A stretch of DNA of 64,000 nt from Camelus dromedarius (Eukaryota), in NCBI RefSeq assembly GCF_036321535.1, contig NC_087437.1:25174001-25238000 (forward strand). The letters run 5' to 3'. Under the pieces are notes generated by a model. It was not told where the DNA came from. It searched no databases and saw only the letters and a list, made by a program, of their open reading frames with translations. This document shows positions 37,531-49,402 of this stretch, piece by piece; the stretch's first letter is position 1; each line of letters begins with the position of its first letter. The position numbers and the translations under genes are program-made.

Positions 37531-39083
37531 CTAACACTCAGACACTGCATGTGCCCTTGCAGATTTATTGCAATTCGGAGAAATGGCAACACAATTACTG
37601 AAAAATTTTGCTTTATCGAGGAATAAATGACAAAATTGTAAGATATGTAAAGTGTATATGGTGATGATTTGATATACTGGCAATCAATGTTTTTAACCAA
37701 AATTTACAGATAGCGAATTTAGAGTAGAGAAAACATATTATTTTAAAAGTTGGCTGTGGTCTGACCTGCCTGCCACCAATAAAGCATGGGAGAAAGAAGA
37801 ATAGCTTTTGTTTGAAAATAAACAACTTCATGGGATCTTTCTGTTATAAAGAGCAAGTTCCCACCCTCTAAACTCTCTCACACAGACATGCAGCATTTGG
37901 ATCAAAAGTGTCTAAATGATTCTGTGTAAAAAGAGATTGGGACTTTGAATGTCTCTTCAATAGGACCCTGGAAATGGGGAAACAGGTGGAGGACGGGAGG
38001 GTGAGTGACACAGAGGTGAGTTCAGTGAGAAGCGTGGGGCCCACGAGAAATTCCAGGTGGAGACAAGGGAGCAGGAACATTAGAACAGTCACTTCAGCAG
38101 GACAGGTTCTGTTTCAGTTGTTGCCTATTTTGTGCTGATCTGCGATCCCCCTTGGTGGTCTGCAAACTGCAGGAGGACTCTGAATTGAAATTTTAAAAAC
38201 CTCATGTCCTTTGGATGTTTCCGTGATTTTGCTGAGAGTGGACAGTTATTGTTTGTGCCTGTCCATCTCCCAGTCTCTATGTTTTGAGAGGTGTACAAAC
38301 TAGAATACCTTAGATGAGTTTTTAATGGATTCCATAAAAATAAGCAGCAAAGAGGCGCTGATGACTGCAGTCGCTCTGAACCTCTTAACCCTCCCATCCC
38401 GCCTCTCCAGAGGTTTATGAATGAGTCATTTTCAATTAATTAATTACTCAATCAGCGAGCCTCCTAACAATCAATTCTGACTAATTTTCCTTCCACTAAA
38501 CTAAAAAAAAAAAGAAAAGAAAAAGAAAGAAAGAAAAAAAACCTGCCACCATTAGAGGTAAATTAATGCAGCACTGGGAAATATTAAAGACCAAGAGAGA
38601 GGGGAAACGAGCTCAAAACAGGTTGTCTTTCCTCTGGGAAAACGATTATGACTGAATCCTTTCTTGCCCTCTCAAAGTCCGTGCCTCACACGGCTACAGG
38701 CTCTCAGATAGGTCAAAATTAAGTCACTAAGCTTGAACTGCACACCCTCTGTCACATACAGGAGTTAACCTTCCCTGAATCCTTATTTCTCTTTTAAATC
38801 TTTAAAAGGCTTTTTTTTTTTTTTTTTTTTTTTCTCAGAGGCAACATAGGAAAAAGGCAACAGTAAAAAGGGAAAAAAAATCTTAGAAAGAACATTGTGT
38901 GGTTAGAAATGTTTGCCTTGTAGTAGACATCCAAACATTTTGGCCTAAAAACTTTATAGCATGTCAAAGTCTTTTTCAGGAGAGCTGCAGTTTGGACAGT
39001 TGTCTCGCTGCTCCCTCTTGTACTGCAGTTGGGCAGCACAGCATAAACAGCCACTTATTTTTATATTTAAGATATGCTCCAGG

Positions 39084-39176
39084 GGGTGGGAGGGTATAGC
39101 TCAGTGGCAGAGCTGCATGCTTAGCATGCATGAGGTCCTGGGTTCAATCCCCAGTACATGCATTAAAAAAAAAAAA
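39084..39176 (+). mobile_element. tRNA-Ala(AGC)-derived SINE, camelid vic-1 type
   Basis: A box tagctcagtgg at 39097-39107; B box ggttcaatcc at 39141-39150; anticodon arm catgc-ttagcat-gcatg; polyA; perfect 15-bp TSD aagatatgctccagg (39069-39083 and 39177-39191). Confidence 0.93.
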
Positions 39177-39195
39177 AAGATATGCTCCAGGTATC

Positions 39196-39245
39196 TTTAA
39201 TTTAATTTAATTTAATTTAATTTAATTTAATTTAATTTAATTTAA
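39196..39245. repeat. (TTTAA)10 pure pentanucleotide microsatellite
   Basis: Direct reading. Confidence 0.98.
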
Positions 39246-40451
39246 TTCACAGCTATCCTATGACATTTCATAAAAGCAAGTATACTTTGAAAATATTGCA
39301 CATTAATATTTATTTTCAACTGCATGATCTTTAAGTATCAACAGTAAATGAAAGCAACAATAATTCTTTGTAAAAGGATAAGCTGTAGAATAAGAGTCCT
39401 TTCTTTGACAATGAAGTTCTTATTTAGACAGAGAGAAAAAAGGATGCCTTATAAAAAATGGCAGTACCTCCTCCCAAGCCAGGTCAGTTCATAAAATTCC
39501 TCTCTTTTTATAGGCATTTCTATTCAAGTATATACACAAACATTTCCAAGCATTTATTTTACATGGAAATTATTTTAAATCATGAATTATTGACGCAATA
39601 TACTTGTACTTTATGCAGGGTGTTTTCACTAGAGAAAAAATATTTATGGTTCTACTACACAAAAACTGAAATTTTTTTCAATTCCCAGTCATGTTTTACT
39701 CTTTTGAATTTCATCACTTTAATATTTGGCATTTCTGTGGCCTAAAAAGACTAGAGTCATTTAAGATTTAATGAAGAGCTATTTACCTCCTAAATCTTCT
39801 TCCCTTGAGTAATGAAATAATTACCCTCCCATAATCATGGAAACGTGAAACTTGAATCTCAAATTGAGCTGTTGTGAGAAGGGTTAGTTGCTGCATAGGT
39901 GATCACCATGGTAACATTTGGAAATGGCACTGATGTCAAGCCAAGAGCGCGGTATTTCTATTCCCACAAGAGCCCGACCAGGGACTAGAGATGAACTCTT
40001 GCATGGTCTTAGGAAAATGACTGAAAGCTAACATTTGCTGAGTCTCCCAAAGGAGAATACCCATCACCGTTTTATATCATTCTTGGAGGAAGATGATTTT
40101 AAAATACAACAACATATTCTCAATCGTTTTAATTAAAATTGCTTTGTAAAGTTCTATCACTATGATGTGTGTGTGTGTGAGTGTGTGTGTGTGGGTGTGT
40201 TTGTGTGAACTTGTTGTACATTCAAATGAAGCTTAGCCCTAAGGAAGACATGATGATGCTAGAAAGGGAATTCACCAAAGCTTTATTCACATAACCGGAG
40301 ATAATTAAATAATTAGGCATTCTCTGTAATATCAGAGGAAGTTAATTCATGTTTAACAGCATGGATTAGGAAGGTGATTCCATAAATCCTAAGGAGAATA
40401 TGATTTACTTGGAATTGAAGAAAAATAATTAGTGTCACTCTGGCCCTGGCA

Positions 40452-40456
40452 TGTGT

Positions 40457-40488
<32 letters not shown>
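40452..40488. repeat. (TG)n microsatellite (another degenerate one at about 40166-40207)
   Basis: Direct reading. Confidence 0.95.
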
Positions 40489-40979
40489 ATAAGATACATT
40501 CTATTCTAATTTCAGGGTATACAGGAAACACTAAATTGGACTAAATGTGGAAAAGGCAAACTGACATAAGTTAAAAACTAATACAAAATATGTATATGAA
40601 ATTTGGCATCTTAATTTTCAAGTACATATAGTGACTTAAATTAGGATTACTTATAGTTCTTCTAAGAGAAAGAGTTCATACAATGAGTACACAATTACTA
40701 ATCGTAATTAACACACTAGGTGTTTGTGTGCAACTGACTGCTGGTAAAGTGCTTTGAAAACAGTTTGTTCACCTAAGTAGATAAACATTGCCCTTGTAAT
40801 CTTTATGCTTTAGTTAACAATGTTAAATAAATATTTTAATAATGTAGAACAATTTGTATATTTATAATATATATGTAAGTATATAGCAATTTATAACAGA
40901 CACAGTAACAAATATTTTCTACAGCCATTGGAAAGATTAACTTCAGCCCATCTCACCAATTCATTTCTTCATTTTGTCG

Positions 40980-41260
40980 ATCAGTCAATCAATCAATCAT
41001 TAATTGAGCACCTACCATCAAGTGCTAGGCTAAGTGTTGCAGAAGTAAAGAACAAAAATAGACACAGTTGGTCTTGGAGTTGAAGGTCCCCTGGGGAAGG
41101 CAATAATCAAATATCCACACAAATAAATGTAAAGTCACAAATGTGGCAAGTTTTTATCAAAGGGAAGTACATGGTGGTTTAGAAACCATTATATTAGAGA
41201 AGTGTGACCCAGAAGGAGAGATCAGAACAAACTTCCCTAAGAAAGTGAAACTGAATTGGC
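40980..41260 (-). mobile_element. L2 LINE 3' end
   Basis: 'caatcaatcattaattgagcacctacca...gtgctagg'. Confidence 0.85.
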
Positions 41261-41581
41261 CAAGGAAATATATATGCTATATAAATAAAACAAATACAAG
41301 AAATGTGCTATATTTTATCCTCCAAGTTGTGGAGTAAAATTTCTGACTCCTATGATAATCACATGCATATATTTTTCACTAGTGAGGGTTGAACATTTTC
41401 CAACAGGCTTTTTTAATGAGTTGCGTCTTATAAATTATTTTGTTTTCTGATACTGTCCTTTCTCCATTTATCTACCTGGGCCAATACTTCTTCTGTAGAC
41501 TCAGTAGAAATACATGAAGGTCACTGTCTATCAACCTTCCATGCTTGTTGATTATTCCACAAATATTTGTTATTTATCCAC

Positions 41582-42004
41582 GATTATAGGGTGAATTTTG
41601 TGCCTTCAAAAAGATATGTTGAAATCCTAACCCTCAGTACCTCAGAATGTGACTTTATTTGGAAATAAGTCCACGGCAGATATAATTAGTAAAGATGAAA
41701 TCATACTGGTATACAATATTCCTGGTATCCTTATAAGAGGACAGCCATGTGAAGACAAGCCCCCCCCCCCCACACCAGCCCCTACACACACACAGGGATA
41801 ACATTTAACAAGGAAGTCAGAGATGGAAACCACTGGCAGCTGGGAAGAGGCAAAGAAGGACTTTCCAGCAGGTATCAAAGGGGGCTCAGCCCTGCCAGCA
41901 CCTTGATTTTGGACTTCTCTCCTCCAGATCTGTGAGACAATACATTTCTGTTTTAAGCCACCCAGTTTGTGGTACTTTATTACAACATCCCTGAAGAACT
42001 CACA
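41582..42004 (+). mobile_element. MLT1B/C-like MaLR solo LTR inserted in an L2 tail
   Basis: 'aagatatgttgaaatcctaaccctcagtacctcagaatgtgac' ... 'ttttaagccacccagtttgtggtacttt'. Confidence 0.9.
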
Positions 42005-42849
42005 GTTCCAGGCACTCTTCTAGGCACTTATTAGATTGACTGACACTATAAAAAATGCAATGATATAAAAAGGATGGTCCTTGCCTCACAAGAGCTTCTG
42101 ATAGATATGCATATGAACTAACTTGAGGATAATGAAGAACATATTACTCTTTGATGAATTTTGCAGAAATTACAAAAAAAAGCTACATAATAGAGCAAAT
42201 TAAGAAAACATATTAGAGATACCGGAATTCAAAAGGTGCATAGGGACCCAATGGGGCACGCATCTTCAAATCTGTTCATCTAAATGAGAACTCAAATGAT
42301 ACCCTAAACATAACTCAGTCTCCCTCATGAGGAATGAATAGAATTAAAGCGGAATTTCTGACCATGTCGACACCCAGAAAATATCATGTACAATTAAAGG
42401 AGTCCACACACACTTAGAGATTTAGTCAATTACAAATCCCTGTTGCTTCTAGCAACAGAGGTCAGACACTCTAGGTTGTATGAATAATGGTGTAGTAATT
42501 TAATTGCTAATTCCATTTTAACATATTATATTAAAGTAATAGACTATAAGGGAAATGGAACGGGAGTAGACATAAAAAGTGAGGTAATTTATAATGTAAA
42601 TAAAGGCAGTGAGTGGCATACACAGTGGGGCAAATTCTGCTCTTGAATGAACACACGAGGGTCCTGTTAACTTTAGAATTAGCTGTGTTCATTCATATGA
42701 ATAAGATGATTCTCAAAAAGCAATCTTTTTTTCCTGAATGAACTGAGAGAGATTTGTATATTTTCACATAAATAAGATGAAATTTATATTCACCAATGAA
42801 GCTTGCACTCAGGTCGAGGGTACAGACAGTCAATACACAATTAAATCTG

Positions 42850-43080
42850 CCAAAAATATACCAGAGAGTGGTGAACGCTTAGCAGACAACGAAAGCAGGG
42901 TGGTGATCTACAGTAACTATGGGGTTGCTCTAGATTAGGTAGCACTGGAAGGCCTCTGTGAGGAGGGAATGCTTCAGCTGAGATCTGAAAACTAAGAAGA
43001 GACTGGGAATTAAAGACGAGCTGTGAGGGCATTCTGAGTGCAGAGACAGCTAGTGCAAAAGCTCTAACTCAGAAATGATA
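42850..43080 (-). mobile_element. L2 LINE fragment (continues after the MLT1 at about 43533)
   Basis: 'ggaaggcctctgtgaggagg...agctgagatctgaa...gtgcaaaagctct'. Confidence 0.75.
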
Positions 43081-43084
43081 TTAG

Positions 43085-43532
43085 TGTATTTGTTTGCTAG
43101 GGCTGGTAACAAATTACCACAAATGGCAGCTTAAACAACAGGAATTTATTCATCTGAGTTCTGGAGGGTGGAAGTCCAAGATAAGGTGTCAGCAGAGTTG
43201 TTTCCTTCTGAGGACTGTGAGAGGGAATCTGTTTCATGCCTCTCTCCACCTGCCACTCTTTGAGTGGTTTTCTGACCATATTTGGCATTTCTAGGCTTGA
43301 TGCCTGTCTTCATCTTCACATGGCAGATGTACACGTCTGGGTCCAAATTCCCCGTTTTGTAAGGATACCAGTCATAATTGGTCAGAGGCCCACTCTACTC
43401 CAGATGACTTCATCTTAGCCAAACCAATTACATCTGCAATGATCCTGCTTCCAAATAAGGTCACATTCTAAGGTGCTAGAAGTTAAGACTTCAACATGTG
43501 AGTTTCAAAGGGACACAAATCAATGCACAACA
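43085..43532 (-). mobile_element. MLT1C-like MaLR solo LTR
   Basis: 'tgtatttgtttgctagggctggtaacaaattaccacaaa' ... 'ccaaataaggtcacattct...ggacacaaatcaatgcacaaca'. Confidence 0.92.
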
Positions 43533-43614
43533 GTGTGTTTGAAGAATGGCAAGAAGGCCGAGAGACAAGAGTTGGGGGAGTGAGTCTTCTCATCTGGTGA
43601 TGTCATGCTTACTG

Positions 43615-44100
43615 AACCAGTTATGACGTTTTCAACTATGGGTGCCAAAAAATTGATCTCCAGTGAGTTTAAGCAATAAGACATCTAACTGACTTGTATA
43701 TCTGTAAGTACAGAAGTCAGATGCAATTCCAACTGGGTTTCCTCAGGATTCTAAATGTTAATCTTTCCTCAGTGTCTTATCTTTATCCCCAGGCTAAGAT
43801 AACAGGATAAATGACTTTAACAGAAAGAAGGAACCTAGGATAACATGCAGAGGGAGAGAGGAAACCAGCTTTTGAAGATTACCCTGAATAATGCAGGGAA
43901 CCTCTCTCCTCTAACCTCAGCAGTTCCAAATGTGTCTCATGGGCATTTCTGAATCAATCATTGGCAAAGACAGATTAACATAGCTATGCGCATCCCTGCA
44001 GCTGGGAGTGCCAGGCATGGGGATGTCTAGATGAGGAATGGAGACGTGATTAGAGAGGAAGAAGGAAACTTGAGGCTAAATAGACAACCAACAGTCCCAC
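43615..44100 (-). mobile_element. Old MLT1 (K/L-like) LTR
   Basis: 'cagttatgacgttttcaact...gtttaagcaataag' ... 'ctgaatcaatcattggcaaag' ... 'tagacaaccaacagtcccac'. Confidence 0.55.
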
Positions 44101-44249
44101 ATTCACCAAACAACATTTTGGTCTTACAAACATGAGGACCAGTTTCTGGATGCACAGGTATCTCCCAAATTTATGACATCCTGTGAGTACTAACCTGACC
44201 CCAGGCATCTTTCATATTTAATGCCTTCTTTATATGACCAATTTCAGTT

Positions 44250-45800
44250 TCTAACCTAAATGTTTCTGAGAACTATTATCAAACAAACAGATACTAGGAG
44301 TACAAAGATGATGAGACACAGTCCCTGAATTTGAGGAACTCACAATTTAGTGTGGGTGGCCGGCACATAAACAGATAAATATATTCAGTGCAGTGAGCCC
44401 ATGAGAGGAATATACGCAGTATATGATGAAATGGTCATTGACAAAATATGGGAATTAAAGGAATGCTTTGTAGAGGAGATGACATCAGAGCTATGTCCAA
44501 AAGAATAATTCAGATTAAAACAGGTAAAGAAGGTGAGAGTGGGGTTGGAGAAGGGCACATGAAACTGAGGGAAAAGCAAGAGCTGTTCACTGGTAAATTG
44601 AAAATAATCTGGAATTAATAGAGAGCAAATTCAAGGAAGTAAGAAGCTGCAGACAAGACTAGAGAAGAAAATACTGGCAGTTGTGTAGCTTGTATACTAA
44701 GTTAAGAGGGCTGAGCTTGAAGAGCCATTTAGCCATTAGGCATGGGGAACAATGTCCAGGAATACAGAGCAGTGAGAAGTATAGATTAAAAATTACTAGT
44801 AGGAACCTAAATAAGTGGGCAGATTAAAAATATATTAAATTGAAAAATCCCACAATAATCAATTGGCCAGAGAGGCGGGGAGGAATACAGGATTCTTCTC
44901 AGTGTAGGAGAGGCAAAACTTTTCTTCTACCCTCTTAGGTCATGTTCCTGGAGCATGCAGATTAACAGACAAAATCCAGATCAACAGGAGAAAAGACATA
45001 CACATTTCATTTTTATTTTTGTATGTATGGTCGGGGGAGAGTCCATAAAAAAGCATGAAAACTCAAAGAGACAGTTAAACCCTAAGGGTTTATATACCAT
45101 TTTTAACAAATGGCAATAAATTGTGAAGTGACTAAACAAAGGAAAGGAGGGGAGGGTTGTAGGTGAATTGTGGGAGGTAAATTGTGGGAAGGTAACTAGG
45201 AAATATATGGTAGATAAGGAGGTTTCATGTTTGTTATATAAACTCATCTTTCTCAGGTGATGAGAGTTGCCTCCAATATTTGAGAGTCTAAAATTAAGAG
45301 TCATTCTCCTCCTCCTGCAATGAGAGGGGAAGACAACTTTACACATGGAAATTTACTTTACAAAGAGAAATTTATGCCCTGCTTTTAAGCAGAAAGGGGA
45401 AGGGCAGAGAATTCTTTCTGTGTCTGGTGTTCCTCAGTGGTGTTCAGCTCAAAATAACCCTGTACTAATGTGGAATATTACTGGGTGGCATGTTCTGATC
45501 TCCTTCATTAGACTCCTGTCTGTGTCCTTAATAGATGGTGCTGTCACCAACAGAAGGTGGGAACTTGGGACAAGGAGCCAAATTTAGGTGGAACATGACA
45601 AATTCATTTTGAGCCATGTTGGCAAAATGTGCCTGTGGGCTTGTCACTGGGAATGTATTGAGGAGAGAAAAGTGAGTCTGAGCTCAAGGGAGAGATCTGA
45701 ATAAGAGCTGTAGACTGGGAAGGAAGTGTTTTTATGTAGTGATTAAAATCGTGATATGATCACAAAGGGAGTGTTATTTTGAGTGACATATAAAGAGCCA
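44250..45800 (-). mobile_element. L2 LINE split by MER34
   Basis: 'gatgagacacagtccctgaatttgaggaactcacaatttagt'; resumes at 45512 with 'aattcattttgagccatgttg...gagtctgagctcaagggagagatctg'. Confidence 0.8.
44903..45507 (-). mobile_element. MER34-family ERV1 solo LTR
   Basis: Reverse complement begins 'tgaaggagatcagaacatgccaccc...ggttattttgagctgaa'; TG...CA ends; TSD tcag/ttag. Confidence 0.88.
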
Positions 45801-45900
45801 TGAGGCAAATAAATAGATAAATAAACCTAGGAAAACATTTGTAAACGAAAGATGAAACCATTAAAGAGTTAAAAAAAAAAAAAAACCAGTAAGACTAAAA

Positions 45901-46137
45901 TAACAATAATAATACCCCAAACTTAAAAAAAAATAAAAACTTACTATGTGTCTCTTACTGTTTTAAGCATGTTACAGGTATTAATGCACTTAATAATACA
46001 ACAACTCTATGAGGTAGCATTTGTATTATTATCATCCCCTCATTTTGCAGATGAGGAGAATGAGATGGTACAGGTAGTAAGCAGAAGAACCATGATGCAA
46101 ATCCAGGCAGCTTTGTCTCAGGGTCCATCCTCTTAAC
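45901..46137 (-). mobile_element. MIR SINE
   Basis: 'acaactctatgaggtag...cctcattttgcagatgaggagaatgag'. Confidence 0.88.
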
Positions 46138-46204
46138 TTCCTTTAAGCTTACCTGACAATTAACAAAACAGGGAGCACAAATTCTAACGAAATTCTGGAA
46201 CAGT

Positions 46205-46760
46205 TTGCCCTCACTAGCAATCAAATAAATGTACAATGAAATAGTACACTTCATTTTAATATTTGGCATAGTTATTCTATAATAATAATATCAAGAATTT
46301 GAAAGACTTCCTTGAAAAGTGAATTGTCACACTCTATTCTTGGGAATCTATTTCATGTAATAATTCATTTCTGGTGATATGTAGATCTGAAATATCTGAA
46401 ATACAAGAATAGCCATTGCAATACTATTCAGAGTAGAAAAAGTGGAAACAATCTAAATTTCCAGCAACGGATGAATTAGTAAGTAAATCTTGGTACATGG
46501 AATACAATATAGTTATTAAAATCTTGAATATGTGATGCTTTTAGTAATAAGGGAATTACTTATGTGATAATGGTAAGTTGAAAAAGCAAACTGAGAAGTT
46601 GTGTATTTATTAAGCTTTAAACAATGGAAAATATACAGAGAAGAAAGGCAGGAAGGATGTCAAAACATTAATATGTCTACCTCTGAGTAGTAAGATTAGG
46701 GGTGACTTTTTAAAACCTTGATTCTATTTTATGTTATTTCTCCATAAACATAGAGTTCCT
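46205..46760 (+). mobile_element. Ancient L1ME-like fragment
   Basis: 'tggaaacaatctaaatttccagcaac...gtaaatcttggtacatggaatac...ctctgagtagtaagattaggggtgacttt'. Confidence 0.75.
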
Positions 46761-48201
46761 TTGGTTTCCTCTCCAGTGTGAAGCACTAACGTCCCAGAGA
46801 GCATTAGAACTTTCCTCTCTCATGGAGCAGAATGGAGGGGAGCTGGCCCAGAGGAGTCCCACTGTGGCCTTGGGCCAGTAACTTGACTGAGCCATAGACT
46901 GGTTGGATCAGTAAAATGCAGGTCACCCCCCTTCCTCCCCCAACTTGCTAGAGTTCACAGATGGGAGACATAGAGACACTTCAACCTCCAGGCCCCAGGC
47001 TCAGACAGCACGTGGTTCCAGGCTCTGTCCCGGGTAGACGCAGCCTCTATTCCTCTAAATCCCATTCCTTATGCCACGCGTTCCCAGGAATAAGATACTA
47101 AATGAATTAATGCTTCAAAAAGGACGGAACCCGAAGGGGTCAAGAGTGTCAGGAAGTCATCTATCCCCTCCTTTAGACTGAAGCCAGTAACGTTTGAAGG
47201 AACTGAGCATCAGGAACTCATTTCCCTGGGAATGGGGATCCTTGCACGCTCTGCCTGGTAATGTCCAGGTGGAGGGGCTGAGCTCTTTCTCCACCTTAAG
47301 TCTAAAACCGTCTGTCTAATTTCACCAATCATTAACCCAGTCTCTACCAAGAATTCTTTGGGACTTCATTCCTTTAGAGGAGCACTTCTTCCTCGAGGGT
47401 ATAGCTCTGGTCACTCCCCAGCCCTGGGCTACTCTCACTTAGTCAGATCTTACAACTGTATAACCTTGAGGAGCATTCAAAGAGACTCATGACTTTTCTT
47501 CCAGAGAACCACAGCAGGGCCTGCCGGGGGCCCATCACTGAAGGCACAGCCAACAGTCAGGCCTGGTACATGCCTTGCACCCCAGATACTGAAGGAATCC
47601 AAGCCCAGCTCACGACTGCCCTCCAGCCACTCCCGGCTTTCCCCTGATAGTACAAGCCAGGCAGGCTTAAAGCCTCTGGCCATCCAGGGGCTTCCCTATA
47701 TGGGGAGTTAAGGGAGAAGTGCATCCTGGGCACAGAGAACTTACTGGAGTTAAACAAAGGAAGAACGGGGATGCCTACTCAATGTCCAAGTCAGTGCAGT
47801 TGATGTCGTTTGAACTCTGGGGGAAGGAGACGCTTGGGGGAAGGCTTTGGCTGTAGTCTAAGCAGGTTGTCAGAGGCTCGCTCACTCACTAGGGTCAGCC
47901 CAGGCAGGCGCTGCTCATGGTCCCATCAAGGCCCACACGTGTTTCTAACGTCCAGGGACTCTGGCTTCTCTGGATGGCTTGGAATCCTTGAAGAAGACGC
48001 AGCAGAGCAGAGGCTGTCTCCCCAGTTATGGCAGCCGTGCCTCCCCTTCAGCATGAGAGTAACCCAACAGGCCGCCAGGGCTTGATGCCAACCTCATTCT
48101 GGCTCCTGAAGCCACTGACTTGAAAAGCTGGGTCATCCCTGTGCAGGAAGAAGCCCTTGTCACCCTCCTCAGTCACCTCTCATTCTTGTTACCCATCTAT
48201 A

Positions 48202-49186
48202 CAGGCAGACCTCAGAGATACCGCGGTTCGATTCCAGACCATCACAATACAGTGAATACTGCAATATAGCAAGTCACACGAATTTTTTGGTTTCCCAGTG
48301 CACATAAAAGTCACATTTACACTATACTCTAGTCTAGTAAATATGGAATAGAGTTATGTCTAAAAAAAAAAAAAAAAAAGAAACCAATGAACACAACTTA
48401 ACTTAAAAAATACTTTATTACCAAAAAATGCTAACCATCATCCGAGCCTTTAGCAAGTCATAATCTTTTTGCCGGTCGAGGTGTCTTGCCTCCATGTTGG
48501 TGGCTGCCAGCTGATCAGGGTGGTGGTCGCTGAATGCTGGGATGGTTGTGGCGATTTCTTAAATAAGACAACAGTGAAGTTTGCCTCATCTGTTAACTCT
48601 TCTTTTCATGAATGATTTCTCTGTGCCATGCAACGCTGCTTGATAATATTTTACCCACAGCAGAGCTTCTTTCAAAATTGGAGTCAGTCCTCTCAAAGTC
48701 TCCCACTGCTTTCTCAACCAAGATGATGTAATATTATAAATCCTCCGTTGTCATTTCAAAAATCTTCACAACATCTTTACCAGGAGTAGATTCCACCTCA
48801 AGAAACCACTTTCTTTGCTCCTTTGTAAGTAGGAACAACGCCTCATCTGTGAAAGTTTTACCGTGAGATTGCAGCATATTCAGTCACATCTTCAGGCTCC
48901 ATTTCTGACTCAGTTTCCGCCACATCTGCAATTACTTCCTCCATTATTTCGTCAAAATCATCCATGAAATCTGGAATCAACTTCTTCCAAACTCCTGTTA
49001 ATGTTGATATTTTGACCTCTTCTCATCACAAGTGTTCTTAATGGCTTCTTGTGAATCCTTTCCAAAAGGTTTTCAATTGACTTTTCCCAGATCCATCAGA
49101 GGACTCCTTATCAATGGTAGCCATAGCCTTATGAAATATATTTCTTAAACAATAAGACTTAAAAGTCAAAATTACTCTTTGCCATG
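48202..49186 (-). mobile_element. Tigger1 (TcMar) DNA transposon, 3' ~1 kb with decayed transposase C-terminus
   Basis: TA + TIR 'caggcagacctcagagata'; minus-strand translation [43 protein letters not shown] matches the Tigger1/TIGD1-type transposase; indels downstream. Confidence 0.93.
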
Positions 49187-49284
49187 AACCTTCAATTAGT
49201 AAAACAAAACAAAACAAAATGCACTAAAGCATATTTCCTCAATGGAATATAAACTCCCCCAGGAGAATGTCATCTCTCTTGCTT

Positions 49285-49402
49285 TAATTTAAACTGTATA
49301 AGGACAGAGATTCTGTCTGTTTTATTTATTGTTGTATCCTCAATGCCTAGAACAGTGTCTAGTACACAAGAGTACTCAATAAATATGAAATGAACGAAAT
49401 GA
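49285..49402 (+). mobile_element. L2 LINE 3' end
   Basis: 'tgtatcctcaatgcctagaacagtgtctagtacac...tactcaataaatat'. Confidence 0.88.

Noticed and set aside
37209..37700. Intact L1 ORF2
   Set aside because: 5'-truncated to about 600 bp and interrupted by a stop
39084..39162. Functional tRNA-Ala gene
   Set aside because: The acceptor stem is disrupted, and the polyA tail and 15-bp TSD show retrotransposition
48202..49186. Domesticated TIGD-like transposase gene
   Set aside because: Only the 3' part is present, it has indels, and no ORF of 60 aa or more is listed there
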